From an uncultured Nitrosopumilaceae archaeon (GTDB taxonomy: Archaea; Thermoproteota; Nitrososphaeria; Nitrososphaerales; Nitrosopumilaceae), in the NCBI GenBank assembly GCA_964597385.1, contig CAZQXU010000001.1, positions 8,928 to 51,976 on the forward strand: a stretch of DNA of 43,049 bases. Reading direction: 5' to 3'. Positions 9,179 to 18,184 of the stretch are shown here, in pieces. The position numbers and the translations under genes are program-made. Position 1 is the stretch's first letter, and the number at the start of each line of letters is the position of its first letter. A model generated the notes under the pieces. The model saw only the letters and a program-made list of their open reading frames with translations, did not search any database and was not told the DNA's origin.

Positions 9179-10267
9179 TTGAAAATTGCCATTAATGTTC
9201 CATTTGTAGGTAAAGATGAAATTAATGCAGTTACTTCAATTCTTAAAAATGGTTCACTTACATCAGCAGCTAATCATGGAGGAAAACATGTACAAGCATT
9301 TGAAAAATCAGCATCTTTATTCATAAAATCAAAATATGTAATTGCTGTAAATTCTGGTACTGCTGCTTTACAAGCTGCACTTTATGCTTTAGATATCAAA
9401 AAAGGTGATGAAGTACTTGTTCCTTCATTTACATTTGTTGCGACTGCCAACTCTGTTGTCTCTACTGGAGCAAAACCAGTCTTTGTTGATATATTAAAAG
9501 AGAATTATACTATGGATCCTGACGATCTACAAAAAAAGATTACAAAAAAGACTCGAGCAATTATGCCTGTACACCTTTATGGTAATGTAGCATATATTGA
9601 TAGAATTTTAGAAATTGCAAAAAAACATAATTTACATGTAATAGAGGATTCTGCCCAATCTTTAGGTTCTACTTACAAAGGAAAACATGCTGGAACTTTT
9701 TCTGATTTAGGTTGTTGGAGTATGTATCCTGCTAAAGTAATGACATCTGGTGAAGGAGGATTTGTTGGAACTAACAATAAAAAATTGCGTGATAAATTAT
9801 TGATGATTAGAAACCATGGAATGGTTCATGGATATGATACCAAAATATTTGGATTAAATCTTAGATTGCCTGAAATTAGTGCTGCCATTGCAACAATACA
9901 AATGAAAAAACTTCCTGATTTTCTAAAAACTAGACAAAAAAACGCAAATCTATTATCAAAACTTATTTCTGATTTGAATATTATTTTACCTCATCAACGA
10001 AAAAATGAAAATGTAAACTGGTATCTTTACACAATAGCAACTTCAAAACGAGATAAAATTTTGAAAAAACTTAATGAAAAAGGAATTGGTGCAGCTTCTT
10101 ACTATCCTATCCCAGTTCATAAAACACCATTTTACCAACAAAAAATCAAACTCCCTATGACTGAGTGGGCTTCATCTCATACTTTGTCTCTGCCAATACA
10201 TCCTAAGGTTACTAGTAAAAATATTGAATTTATCGCAAAATCTCTTCGTGATATAATCAATGAATAG
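9179..10267 (+). CDS. DegT/DnrJ/EryC1/StrS PLP-dependent aminotransferase
   Basis: NSGTAAL, FTFVAT, PVHLYG, IEDSAQS and SMYPAKVMTSGEGG motifs. Confidence 0.93.
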   Translation: MKIAINVPFVGKDEINAVTSILKNGSLTSAANHGGKHVQAFEKSASLFIKSKYVIAVNSGTAALQAALYALDIKKGDEVLVPSFTFVATANSVVSTGAKPVFVDILKENYTMDPDDLQKKITKKTRAIMPVHLYGNVAYIDRILEIAKKHNLHVIEDSAQSLGSTYKGKHAGTFSDLGCWSMYPAKVMTSGEGGFVGTNNKKLRDKLLMIRNHGMVHGYDTKIFGLNLRLPEISAAIATIQMKKLPDFLKTRQKNANLLSKLISDLNIILPHQRKNENVNWYLYTIATSKRDKILKKLNEKGIGAASYYPIPVHKTPFYQQKIKLPMTEWASSHTLSLPIHPKVTSKNIEFIAKSLRDIINE

Positions 10268-10730
10268 TATTGGAAATGCTATTGGAGAATTATGCAAGAT
10301 TATCTTGCCAATTCCAGAAGAATCATACCTAGGAAATCCTGATTCTTCAATAGCAATTTGTACACTTTCAAGCATGGATTTACTTAAAAAAATATCAAAT
10401 TCTGAACTTTTGAATAATATTTTCATTGCAGGAAGATTGCTTTCTGAAAACAAAGGAATTGATTCTATAATTAAACATCTTAACCAGAATAAAAAAGTAA
10501 AGACGCTTATAGTTTGTGGCAAAGAAGTTTGGGGTCATAAGGCTGGTCACTCATTAATTAAATTATATGAAAATGGAATCAATGATCATGGGAGAATAAT
10601 CAGCTCATTAAGTCCTGATCCTTTTCTTGTTTCAACAAAATCTGAAATTAATTATTTTCAGAATGAAATTAACTTAGTCAATATAATCAACGAAACCAAT
10701 CTTGAAATAATTAAAAAATATGTAAACTAG
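10260..10730 (+). CDS. mtrA: MtrA-like corrinoid-binding protein, soluble
   Basis: GNPDSSIAICTLSS, SENKGI, CGKEVWGHKAG, NGI...GRI match the MtrA core; no C-terminal TM anchor. Confidence 0.85.
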   Translation: MNSIGNAIGELCKIILPIPEESYLGNPDSSIAICTLSSMDLLKKISNSELLNNIFIAGRLLSENKGIDSIIKHLNQNKKVKTLIVCGKEVWGHKAGHSLIKLYENGINDHGRIISSLSPDPFLVSTKSEINYFQNEINLVNIINETNLEIIKKYVN

Positions 10731-11071
10731 TATCCGTTTCTTTGTCTTTCTCGATTAATCTCATTTTTCTTTTTATATTCTTCAAGAATATCATCTGGAG
10801 TCAAATTTAGTTCTAAGGATGCTTGTACCACAAAATGCCAAATATCGATTAATTCTTCTCTTGCTTCTAATACATTAAATGGAACTGGAGTTTTCCACCA
10901 TTTCCAATTTGTAGTTCTTTGTAGTTCTACGGCTTCATGAATTATTGCTGTAGATAATGCAGAAATTCTTCCTTCAGAATCTTTTGGATATCGATCTAAC
11001 TTCATCATTTCAGATAACCCCTTTTGTAATTTGAATATAGTATCTAAACGATCTTCATTTTTTTCAGACAT
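10727..11071 (-). CDS. All-alpha (dimeric) dUTPase / MazG-like NTP pyrophosphatase
   Basis: HEAVEL, WKWWK, EELIDIWHF and KKNEINRERQ motifs. Confidence 0.88.
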   Translation of the reverse strand: MSEKNEDRLDTIFKLQKGLSEMMKLDRYPKDSEGRISALSTAIIHEAVELQRTTNWKWWKTPVPFNVLEAREELIDIWHFVVQASLELNLTPDDILEEYKKKNEINRERQRNGY

Positions 11072-11120
11072 ATCTTAGAATATACAACTCAATTGCGGAA
11101 ATAATCAAACTTAAATCTTT

Positions 11121-12014
11121 TTAGAAACGAATCATTTTTTCATATAATTTAACTCGCTTCATGATATCTGTTTTTTTAATTCGAAGTAATCCATCTAATC
11201 CATATCTTTCAACAGCAAATGATCCTAAAACATTCCCATAAACAACGGCTTTTTTGATCTCTGATAACCTGACTGAATTTTTACTAGCTAAATACCCTAT
11301 CATGGCTCCAGCAAACGAATCCCCTGCACCTGTTGGATCCACTACATCTTCTAATGAAAATCCTGCTGATGGAAATACCACATCATCAAAAAACATCATT
11401 GAGCCATGCTCTCCTTTTTTAATAATTACATATTTTGCACCCCATTCCATCATTTTTTTTGCACATTTTATTAGGTTGAATTCTTTTGTTAGCAATTTAG
11501 CTTCTTCGTCATTTATGACCACTGCATCTACAGCTTTAATCATCTTAATTACAGATTCTCGTTTTGTAGAAATCCAAAATTCTATGGTATCGCACATTGA
11601 AAATTTTACTTTATCAAATTCTTTAATCAACATTAAATTTTGATCAGGATCATTATTGGCTAGATACACAAATTGAGATTTTTTATATTCTTGTGGAACA
11701 GTCGGTTTAAAATCTGCTAATACATTTAACTCCGTCTTTAAAGTTTCTCTTGTACTAAGTGTTTTATCATAACTTCCATCATAACGAAATGTCTTGCCAT
11801 CTTTTATGGTTAAGCCTTGTAAATCAAGATGTTTTGCTAAAATTTGATGATATGTTTTAGGAAAATCTTTTCCAACCACTGCTATTAGTCCGGTGTCTAC
11901 AAAATTACTTGCTGATATTGCTGCAAATGTAGCGGCACCACCTAAAACATCTTTTAAAATTTTTTTTGGAGTTCTAATTGTATCTAACGCAGTAGAACCA
12001 AAAACAGTTAACAT
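11121..12014 (-). CDS. PfkB/ribokinase family kinase
   Basis: GGAATF, INDEEA, KKGEHG and DPTGAGDSFAG motifs. Confidence 0.93.
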   Translation of the reverse strand: MLTVFGSTALDTIRTPKKILKDVLGGAATFAAISASNFVDTGLIAVVGKDFPKTYHQILAKHLDLQGLTIKDGKTFRYDGSYDKTLSTRETLKTELNVLADFKPTVPQEYKKSQFVYLANNDPDQNLMLIKEFDKVKFSMCDTIEFWISTKRESVIKMIKAVDAVVINDEEAKLLTKEFNLIKCAKKMMEWGAKYVIIKKGEHGSMMFFDDVVFPSAGFSLEDVVDPTGAGDSFAGAMIGYLASKNSVRLSEIKKAVVYGNVLGSFAVERYGLDGLLRIKKTDIMKRVKLYEKMIRF

Positions 12015-12025
12015 TCTTTAAAAAA

Positions 12026-12478
12026 CTAATTTTCACGTATAAATTCTCTTGCTTGGTCAGGTGTAGGATAATATACAAAAGGTACATCAATCGAAGTAAA
12101 AATCACATCATATTTTATGACACCACTTATTTTTACTGTTGAATCTTCTTGTGTATTGACATTAGAATCTTTCATATACGTACCGCCTACAGAACTACTT
12201 CCTAATGCTGGAAGTACAAACGATTCCAAATCTCCCCTTCCTATCATTTCTTCATTTGCTACCACAAAAAACTCTGTTTTACCAGCAGTCAAATACAATA
12301 ATGACGGATTGCTAAACTCTAGTACAACGTCATGAGTCGCTCCACTTTCATTCTCTTCAAGAAGATTACTTTGAGTAATTTTCACGCCTATTTGTGAGGC
12401 TAATACATATTGTGAATATGCAAATAGACTTAATGCTATAACAACAATTATGATTACTTTCTTTGCTTTGGGACCCAT
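12026..12478 (-). CDS. Membrane-anchored LEA_2/WHy-like protein
   Basis: N-terminal TM followed by LEFSNPS...IGRG beta-rich domain. Confidence 0.55.
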   Translation of the reverse strand: MGPKAKKVIIIVVIALSLFAYSQYVLASQIGVKITQSNLLEENESGATHDVVLEFSNPSLLYLTAGKTEFFVVANEEMIGRGDLESFVLPALGSSSVGGTYMKDSNVNTQEDSTVKISGVIKYDVIFTSIDVPFVYYPTPDQAREFIREN

Positions 12479-12608
12479 ACATCACGTTATCCCAAGATCG
12501 CTTTTTAACTCAATAGGAAAAAAATCCCATTTCTATGTGTAAAAGTTTTGATCTAATCTTGAAGCTGATTAGAGCTAGCAGAATAAATCAAAACCTTACG
12601 ATTTATGG

Positions 12609-13103
12609 GTGATGGCTAGAATAAAACTCAAACTTGGAGAGAGTGAAATTGAGGTTGAGTCTAGAGATTTCTACGTTGATAATCAAACTTTAGGTGAAAT
12701 AATTGAAAATATATCAAGTCACATACATGCAAATCAAGCAAAAATTGTCTATGAAAATTCAAATGAAGTAAATACTAAATCAAATGAATCAATACAGTCT
12801 AATAGATTTGGTCTTGAATATTTAGATGATGCAGAAGCATTTGAGCCAGAATTTAATGAACCAAAACCAATTACCTCTAATGAAATCAAAGCAAAATTAA
12901 GAATATTAGAAACAAGCAAATTCTTTGATTCTCCTAGAACCGTAACAGAAACCGTTCAACAACTTCGAGAATATGGTTGGAGTGCTAGTCCATTAGATGT
13001 ATCAAAAGCTTTAGCAAAAATGGCATCTAATAGAGAAATTTTAAAAAATTCAAAAGAGAATAGAGCACATTATTTTGTTGAAAATGCATTAGTATCTAAC
13101 TAA
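12609..13103 (+). CDS. Hypothetical protein with probable C-terminal winged-helix domain
   Basis: N-terminal beta hairpin, acidic linker, FFDSPRTVTETVQQLREYGW...VSKALAKM. Confidence 0.65.
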   Translation: MMARIKLKLGESEIEVESRDFYVDNQTLGEIIENISSHIHANQAKIVYENSNEVNTKSNESIQSNRFGLEYLDDAEAFEPEFNEPKPITSNEIKAKLRILETSKFFDSPRTVTETVQQLREYGWSASPLDVSKALAKMASNREILKNSKENRAHYFVENALVSN

Positions 13104-13287
13104 TTTTATATTTACACTTTTCACAACTCTCAAAAATTTCTCCATCTAAATGATCAAAATGTGTGTTACACTGATTACATGTGTGATGCATATCAAAATA
13201 CCCGTCTTTCTCAATTTGTCCAATTCTATTTGATTCAAGATTAGTACTTTTACATTTGATACAGTGACATCCACATTCAATTTTCAT
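13096..13287 (-). CDS. Small Cys/His-rich metal-binding protein
   Basis: CGCHCIKC...HHTCNQCNTHFDH...CEKC. Confidence 0.75.
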   Translation of the reverse strand: MKIECGCHCIKCKSTNLESNRIGQIEKDGYFDMHHTCNQCNTHFDHLDGEIFESCEKCKYKIS

Positions 13288-13337
13288 TTATTTAATCTCC
13301 AATAATCTATGTATAGTTGTTTTACATATACAAATCA

Positions 13338-13493
13338 TTGGGAAAGAAACGGGAAATCCCACTTGAGATTGATGATCATTTTAAGTTATATGGAAAAGAA
13401 CCTTGGGAAGTAGATTATGGCGAAAAATGTGTAATCTGTAATGTTCGGATTGATGAATATGGTTTTTGTTCTTGTGGTTCAGGCGGAGAATAA
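13338..13493 (+). CDS. 51-aa Zn-ribbon-like microprotein
   Basis: Hand translation from TTG: MGKKREIPLEIDDHFKLYGKEPWEVDYGEKCVICNVRIDEYGFCSCGSGGE*; not in ORF track. Confidence 0.75.
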   Translation: MGKKREIPLEIDDHFKLYGKEPWEVDYGEKCVICNVRIDEYGFCSCGSGGE

Positions 13494-13538
13494 TTTTTAC
13501 AATATCTAATAAAAAAACTCATTCATAGATTATAGACA

Positions 13539-14528
13539 TTAAATCTGATCTATATTTTGAGTATTGTTATCTTCAATATTTTTTGCTGATGTTTTTTTCT
13601 TCATGATAACGATGGTAACGGCAACTCCAATTATGATTGATACTACAAGTAAAATAATGATGTTCTGATTAGTGCTTGATACTAGGGATAAATCTCGCAT
13701 GTTGGGATTTTCTTGATCAGTGTTTTTTGAATCTATGATTGATACCATGCCTGTAGTATCGGATCTTACGTTAATCCATACATGTGTTCCATTATTGATG
13801 TATCCGTGAAAGTATATTCTCTCATTATCTACCAATACATCATATGATTCTGGTAATAGTTGAAGAGGAACTATTAATGTTAGAAATTGATTTTCTCCAT
13901 TAACATGAAAATTAATTCCTTTAGTTAATTGATTAAAATTAAATTCATCTATTTCTGCAAATGATCTAATCTCAATTAAAAAATCTTTATTATCATATTT
14001 TATATTTTTTAATATTTTTGGTTCATTGATGGAATATTCTAAAATCATTTGACAACCATGACATGCAATTCCTTTCTTCTCACCCAAATACACTGGTTTA
14101 TCATTTACAAAAACTAGATCTACTTCATTTGGAAATATAAAATTAGTTGTTTGAAGATATCTAAAATCTAAAGTCCATACATTATTTTTTAGAACTAGAA
14201 CATCATCAAGATCATATTGTACAACTATGTTTTTTTGTGATGGAAAAACAATAATACCATCGTTATCTCCAATAGTTCCAAACTGTTTCTCGTTTCCTTC
14301 AACATCAGTAACACTAAGATTCCTTATCACTCCATCAATCAATTGTAATTGTTTAGGCGAATTTGCTGCAATGACTTCATGTTTAACCTGAATTTGATTC
14401 GATTCATTAATAATTACATTTACTGTTTTTTGCTTTGCTTCCTCACCAATAGATACCTGAGCATAAACTGTAGGAATTGTTATTATGAATAACAATATTA
14501 TGAAAAAACCGGCCTGCTTTATTTTCAT
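13539..14528 (-). CDS. Exported surface protein with C-terminal membrane anchor
   Basis: Signal peptide (..VYAQ), beta-rich body with CHGC, C-terminal TM followed by KKK. Confidence 0.8.
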   Translation of the reverse strand: MKIKQAGFFIILLFIITIPTVYAQVSIGEEAKQKTVNVIINESNQIQVKHEVIAANSPKQLQLIDGVIRNLSVTDVEGNEKQFGTIGDNDGIIVFPSQKNIVVQYDLDDVLVLKNNVWTLDFRYLQTTNFIFPNEVDLVFVNDKPVYLGEKKGIACHGCQMILEYSINEPKILKNIKYDNKDFLIEIRSFAEIDEFNFNQLTKGINFHVNGENQFLTLIVPLQLLPESYDVLVDNERIYFHGYINNGTHVWINVRSDTTGMVSIIDSKNTDQENPNMRDLSLVSSTNQNIIILLVVSIIIGVAVTIVIMKKKTSAKNIEDNNTQNIDQI

Positions 14529-15005
14529 TTATTCCACTTTAACGTGAATCATTTTTGCTTCTTGAAGAGGACAATCGTTTCTATCTCTCTGTAACTTTAC
14601 AATTTTATCTGCAACATCCATTCCTTCTGTCACTTCTCCAAAAACAGTATATTGTCTATCGAGGAAAGTACTATCTGTAGTAACGATGAAGAATTGTGAG
14701 CCTGCACTATTTGGATCCTGGGCTCTTGCCATAGAAACAATCCCACGGTGATGTGATCTGGAACTAAATTCAGCTTTAATTGTATAGCCTGGTCCACCTG
14801 TTCCCCAAGTACTCTTATTTCCACTTTTTGTGTTAGGGTCTCCTCCCTGAATCATAAATCCAGGAATTACTCTATGAAAAAGTGTGCCGTCATAGAATCC
14901 ATCTTTTGCTAATTTCTCAAAATTTCTTACAGTTTCTGGAGCCAAATCAGGAAGTAATTTAAATACAATTGTTCCCAAGTTTGTTTCAATAATTGCTGTA
15001 CTCAA
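14529..15005 (-). CDS. ppiA: Cyclophilin-type peptidyl-prolyl isomerase
   Basis: FHRVIPGFMIQGGDP, SAGSQFFI and YTVFG motifs. Confidence 0.95.
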   Translation of the reverse strand: MSTAIIETNLGTIVFKLLPDLAPETVRNFEKLAKDGFYDGTLFHRVIPGFMIQGGDPNTKSGNKSTWGTGGPGYTIKAEFSSRSHHRGIVSMARAQDPNSAGSQFFIVTTDSTFLDRQYTVFGEVTEGMDVADKIVKLQRDRNDCPLQEAKMIHVKVE

Positions 15006-15250
15006 TGTGAATTATCAACAGCATTATCATAAGAGTCTTTTTGTGTAAAGTAAATTAAAATTTTTATAGTCTGTTATTTTTTTTTGAAAAATTCATAAAA
15101 ATCTGTACGTTTTTCGTTAATACGATAATTATTTAATAATTCGTGAATACCTTAAATGAAAAATTTTTCCAACTATTAATACTTGAATTAAAAATTAAAT
15201 CATGTCAGAAAGTTATAGTCTTATATAGAACAACTAAAATTTAGAATTCG

Positions 15251-15472
15251 TTGAATCGTACAAACCAAAGCACGATCATTAAAGAAGCAATTAATTCTTA
15301 TCTTGACAAAGGTGTAACAGACAAGCAAGATATCTATACCAAAGTTGTAGATGAACTTGGTGTCCCAAGACCTACTGTAAGAAGGGTCGCAAGAGATTTG
15401 AGAACTGAATTACTACAAAAAATCCAGATCTTACAATCAGATATGCCTAAAACATCTAACGAAGACGAATAA
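15251..15472 (+). CDS. Small HTH-like protein
   Basis: IYTKVVDELGVPRPTVRRVARDL helix-turn-helix pattern. Confidence 0.7.
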   Translation: MNRTNQSTIIKEAINSYLDKGVTDKQDIYTKVVDELGVPRPTVRRVARDLRTELLQKIQILQSDMPKTSNEDE

Positions 15473-15480
15473 ACTAGACT

Positions 15481-15494
15481 CTTTTTTTCTTTTT
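15481..15494 (+). terminator. Oligo-T archaeal terminator candidate
   Basis: T-rich run just after the stop codon of 15251..15472. Confidence 0.45.
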
Positions 15495-15556
15495 ACTTAA
15501 TATCAAATTATGACATTAGCATTACTGTTATAAACAATGAATTTTTCAAATAAATT

Positions 15557-16042
15557 ATGGGATACCTTGGAAACCATTTAGCAACAGTGGTTACTGGAGT
15601 CTTTGCAGCTGTACTTACTGGATTATGGCCTTATTTTGTAGACTTTGCTCCCATCCTAAATTTTGTATTTATTATGGCTGTACCAATAACTTGGTTCCTT
15701 ACATTTACTTGCTGGATTTCTCAAAAGAGTGCTGATTATATGCATAAACATGAAGCTCACGCAAATCATAGCGAAAAAAAAAGCTTGAGTAATTTACAGA
15801 CAACTCAAATTTACACATCAGATGGAAAACAAGTCAGTTCTACTGAAATTAAAGTAGCACAAAATGAATTATCTAGTGAATTAAACAAACTTAAAGAAAG
15901 TGTAAAACTAAAAGACAGTGAAATTGAAAGACTTAACCAAGAAATTTCAAATCTGCAAACTTTAGTCCAAATTGAATCATTAAAAACAGAACTTGCAAAT
16001 CTTAAGATGTTGGCATCTAAAAGTAAATCAAAAAGCAAATAG
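15557..16042 (+). CDS. Two-TM protein with C-terminal coiled coil
   Basis: Two hydrophobic helices, His-rich linker, heptad pattern. Confidence 0.8.
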   Translation: MGYLGNHLATVVTGVFAAVLTGLWPYFVDFAPILNFVFIMAVPITWFLTFTCWISQKSADYMHKHEAHANHSEKKSLSNLQTTQIYTSDGKQVSSTEIKVAQNELSSELNKLKESVKLKDSEIERLNQEISNLQTLVQIESLKTELANLKMLASKSKSKSK

Positions 16043-16044
16043 AT

Positions 16045-16158
16045 CTACTTGTTACAATGATTACATACTATGCCGTGATTGCTCTTACAACCTGGGCAGC
16101 TGACAGCACCCCCAAAATGGCATTTACATGAGCACAATTCTGTAGGATCTTTTTCCAT
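16045..16158 (-). CDS. 37-aa metallothionein-like peptide
   Basis: Hand translation MEKDPTELCSCKCHFGGAVSCPGCKSNHGIVCNHCNK* (7 Cys, 3 His); alternative in-frame ATG at 16170. Confidence 0.65.
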   Translation of the reverse strand: MEKDPTELCSCKCHFGGAVSCPGCKSNHGIVCNHCNK

Positions 16159-16258
16159 ACGTAGTATCATTTCTACGTCATGTTAATATTTGACTCTTTA
16201 ATTTTTACCTTTGATGAATTGTAATAAATCTTTTAAACTAAATAATGTAATTACAGAT

Positions 16259-16708
16259 ATGTCTAAAAATATTATTTTTGCAAGTATTATTGCGTCAATA
16301 ATATTTACCGCCGTTCTATCAACTAACGTTTCATTTGCTGAATCAATAAATTCACAAACAGAAATTACTCCAATCAATAATTCCATAGGACTAGAAAAAA
16401 CAACTTTACAAATGCATATTTCTGAAAATAATAAACTCCCTTGGGGATTTGTTGAAGGAAAAATTGCAAATCATGTTGCTGGTCATCCTGTAATTATTCA
16501 GATATTTGATAATGATGAAATTATTCCAGGAAACAGTGTTGGTGCGGTACACTTTGCACAAACTGTAGTAAATGAAGATGGTTCATATGAATACAAATTT
16601 AGGGTGTTAGATTCCAATAACGGAAAAATAACTAAAATATTTGATGGAAATTACACTGTTAAAATTTTCAAAGTTGTATATTTACAACCTAATCTTGATG
16701 TAATTTAG
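16259..16708 (+). CDS. Exported hypothetical protein (likely start ATG 16259)
   Basis: Signal peptide ..VSFAE; TTTTAAA box about 25 nt upstream of 16259. Confidence 0.75.
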   Translation: MSKNIIFASIIASIIFTAVLSTNVSFAESINSQTEITPINNSIGLEKTTLQMHISENNKLPWGFVEGKIANHVAGHPVIIQIFDNDEIIPGNSVGAVHFAQTVVNEDGSYEYKFRVLDSNNGKITKIFDGNYTVKIFKVVYLQPNLDVI

Positions 16709-17219
16709 AGGCTATTTTCAAAGTCTCATCTACCATATCTCTTAATCTTTTCTTATCATCTTCTTTTGATATGGCATTTTCTGATATTGATTCTGTTGTG
16801 AGAAACACTGCTTTAGGATTGGCAATAACTCTAAAATATGATAATAATTGGGTGATGAGCGTTTGGACATCTATAAACCCAATATTACTTGCGGCTAAAA
16901 TTACTATGCCTGCAACTTTACCTTCAGTTTTTTTATAATTGATATATTCAAACAAATTTTTCAATGCAGAACTAAAAAATGAATTGTAAATTGGAGATCC
17001 AATTAACCAAACATCTGCATCCATAATATCTTTAGCTGCATTTTTTGTTTGTTCGTTATATTCTTCTTCTGGTCCTCTATAACATTCGATTTGTCCGTCT
17101 GAAAGATTGATAAATTTTGTATCTGTATTTTTTGATTTAGTATATTCAAAAACATATTTCATTATCACTTGAGTATTTGCATTTTTTCTAGGACTCCCTG
17201 AAATTACTACAACTTTCAT
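16689..17219 (-). CDS. NADPH-dependent FMN reductase
   Basis: SGSPRKNANT and SPIYN...LKN flavodoxin-fold motifs; start at 17219 or 17231. Confidence 0.9.
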   Translation of the reverse strand: MKVVVISGSPRKNANTQVIMKYVFEYTKSKNTDTKFINLSDGQIECYRGPEEEYNEQTKNAAKDIMDADVWLIGSPIYNSFFSSALKNLFEYINYKKTEGKVAGIVILAASNIGFIDVQTLITQLLSYFRVIANPKAVFLTTESISENAISKEDDKKRLRDMVDETLKIASKLHQD

Positions 17220-17272
17220 AATTCTGACCATTTACAACTGTATTTAAGTTGCAATAATATTTTTTTAAAAAA

Positions 17273-17366
17273 CGGGCTTGGAGGGCTTCGATCCCTCGAC
17301 CTGTAACTTAGGAGGCTACTGCGCTATCCAAGTTTCGCGTCTTAAATGACTCTGCGCCACAAGCCC
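17273..17366 (-). tRNA. tRNA-Arg(CCT) with 19-nt non-canonical intron in the D-loop (17333..17351)
   Basis: Acceptor GGGCTTG/CAAGCCC; anticodon arm GTAGC-CTCCTAA-GTTAC; T arm GAGGG/CCCTC; extra hairpin in the D arm. Confidence 0.92.
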
Positions 17367-17390
17367 AGCAAAAAAAACATTTGTAATTAT

Positions 17391-18101
17391 TTAAGCGTAA
17401 TCAAGATTAGTTTTGATCATCTCTTGAATTTGATTCCATTCTATATTCTCAGTATCTTGCCATTTTTCAAAGTATACTACATCCTTCAGATCAAGTCTTG
17501 GAAGCCATCCTGCAGTTTCAAGATCTGGTTTTTGTGCAAATTCATCCACATATCCCAAACATAGATATGCTATTGGAACAACATGTTCTGGTAATTCTAG
17601 AACTTCCTTAAGTGTATCATTTGAAAGAATACTAACCCATCCAAGTCCAATTCCTTCGGTTCTTGCAGCAAGCCATAAGTTTTGAACTGCACAGCATACG
17701 CTGTATAATCCAGCTTCAGGAATACTTGTTCTGCCAATCACAAATGGACCAAATTTAGTTGGATCATATGTTACGCATAGATTAATAGGAGATTCTAAAA
17801 TTCCCTCAAGTTTAAACGAAAGATATTTTGATCTTTTTGGCTCTTCAATTAATTTTGATGAATGATTTTTTTCTTGCTCAAATGAATCTTTTATTTTCTT
17901 TTTTGTAACCATTTCTTTAATTAAAATAAAATTCCATGGTTGAGAAAAGCCAACAGATGGTGCATGATGTGCAGCATTTAGAATTCTAGCTAAAACATCA
18001 TCATCAATGGATCTTGATGTAAAATGTGATCTGACATCTCTTCTAGAATAAATTGCCTTATAGAGGCCTTTTTTTTCCTCTTCTGTAAAATCTTCTGTCA
18101 A
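17391..18101 (-). CDS. bluB: 5,6-dimethylbenzimidazole synthase
   Basis: RRDVR, APSVGFSQPW, YSVCCAVQNLWLAAR and GLGWVSIL motifs. Confidence 0.93.
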   Translation of the reverse strand: MTEDFTEEEKKGLYKAIYSRRDVRSHFTSRSIDDDVLARILNAAHHAPSVGFSQPWNFILIKEMVTKKKIKDSFEQEKNHSSKLIEEPKRSKYLSFKLEGILESPINLCVTYDPTKFGPFVIGRTSIPEAGLYSVCCAVQNLWLAARTEGIGLGWVSILSNDTLKEVLELPEHVVPIAYLCLGYVDEFAQKPDLETAGWLPRLDLKDVVYFEKWQDTENIEWNQIQEMIKTNLDYA

Positions 18102-18184
18102 TCCTTAACCGTCTTCCTTCTTTTTATTCAATCCTTTCTTTTGTTAAACGTTAATAATGCCTGCACCTAATCTTTTACTTCAAT

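Noticed and set aside
10260-10730. mtrA as evidence of methanogenesis
   Set aside because: No other mtr/mcr genes, no membrane anchor, and thaumarchaeal context
13539-14528. CHGC motif as a c-type heme site
   Set aside because: It reads CxxCQ, not CxxCH
15006-15250. Long AT-rich intergenic region as a replication origin or ncRNA
   Set aside because: No orc1/cdc6 neighbour, no recognisable ORB repeats or GC-rich structure; explained by divergent promoters
17346-17564. 72-aa plus-strand ORF
   Set aside because: Overlaps tRNA-Arg and bluB on the opposite strand
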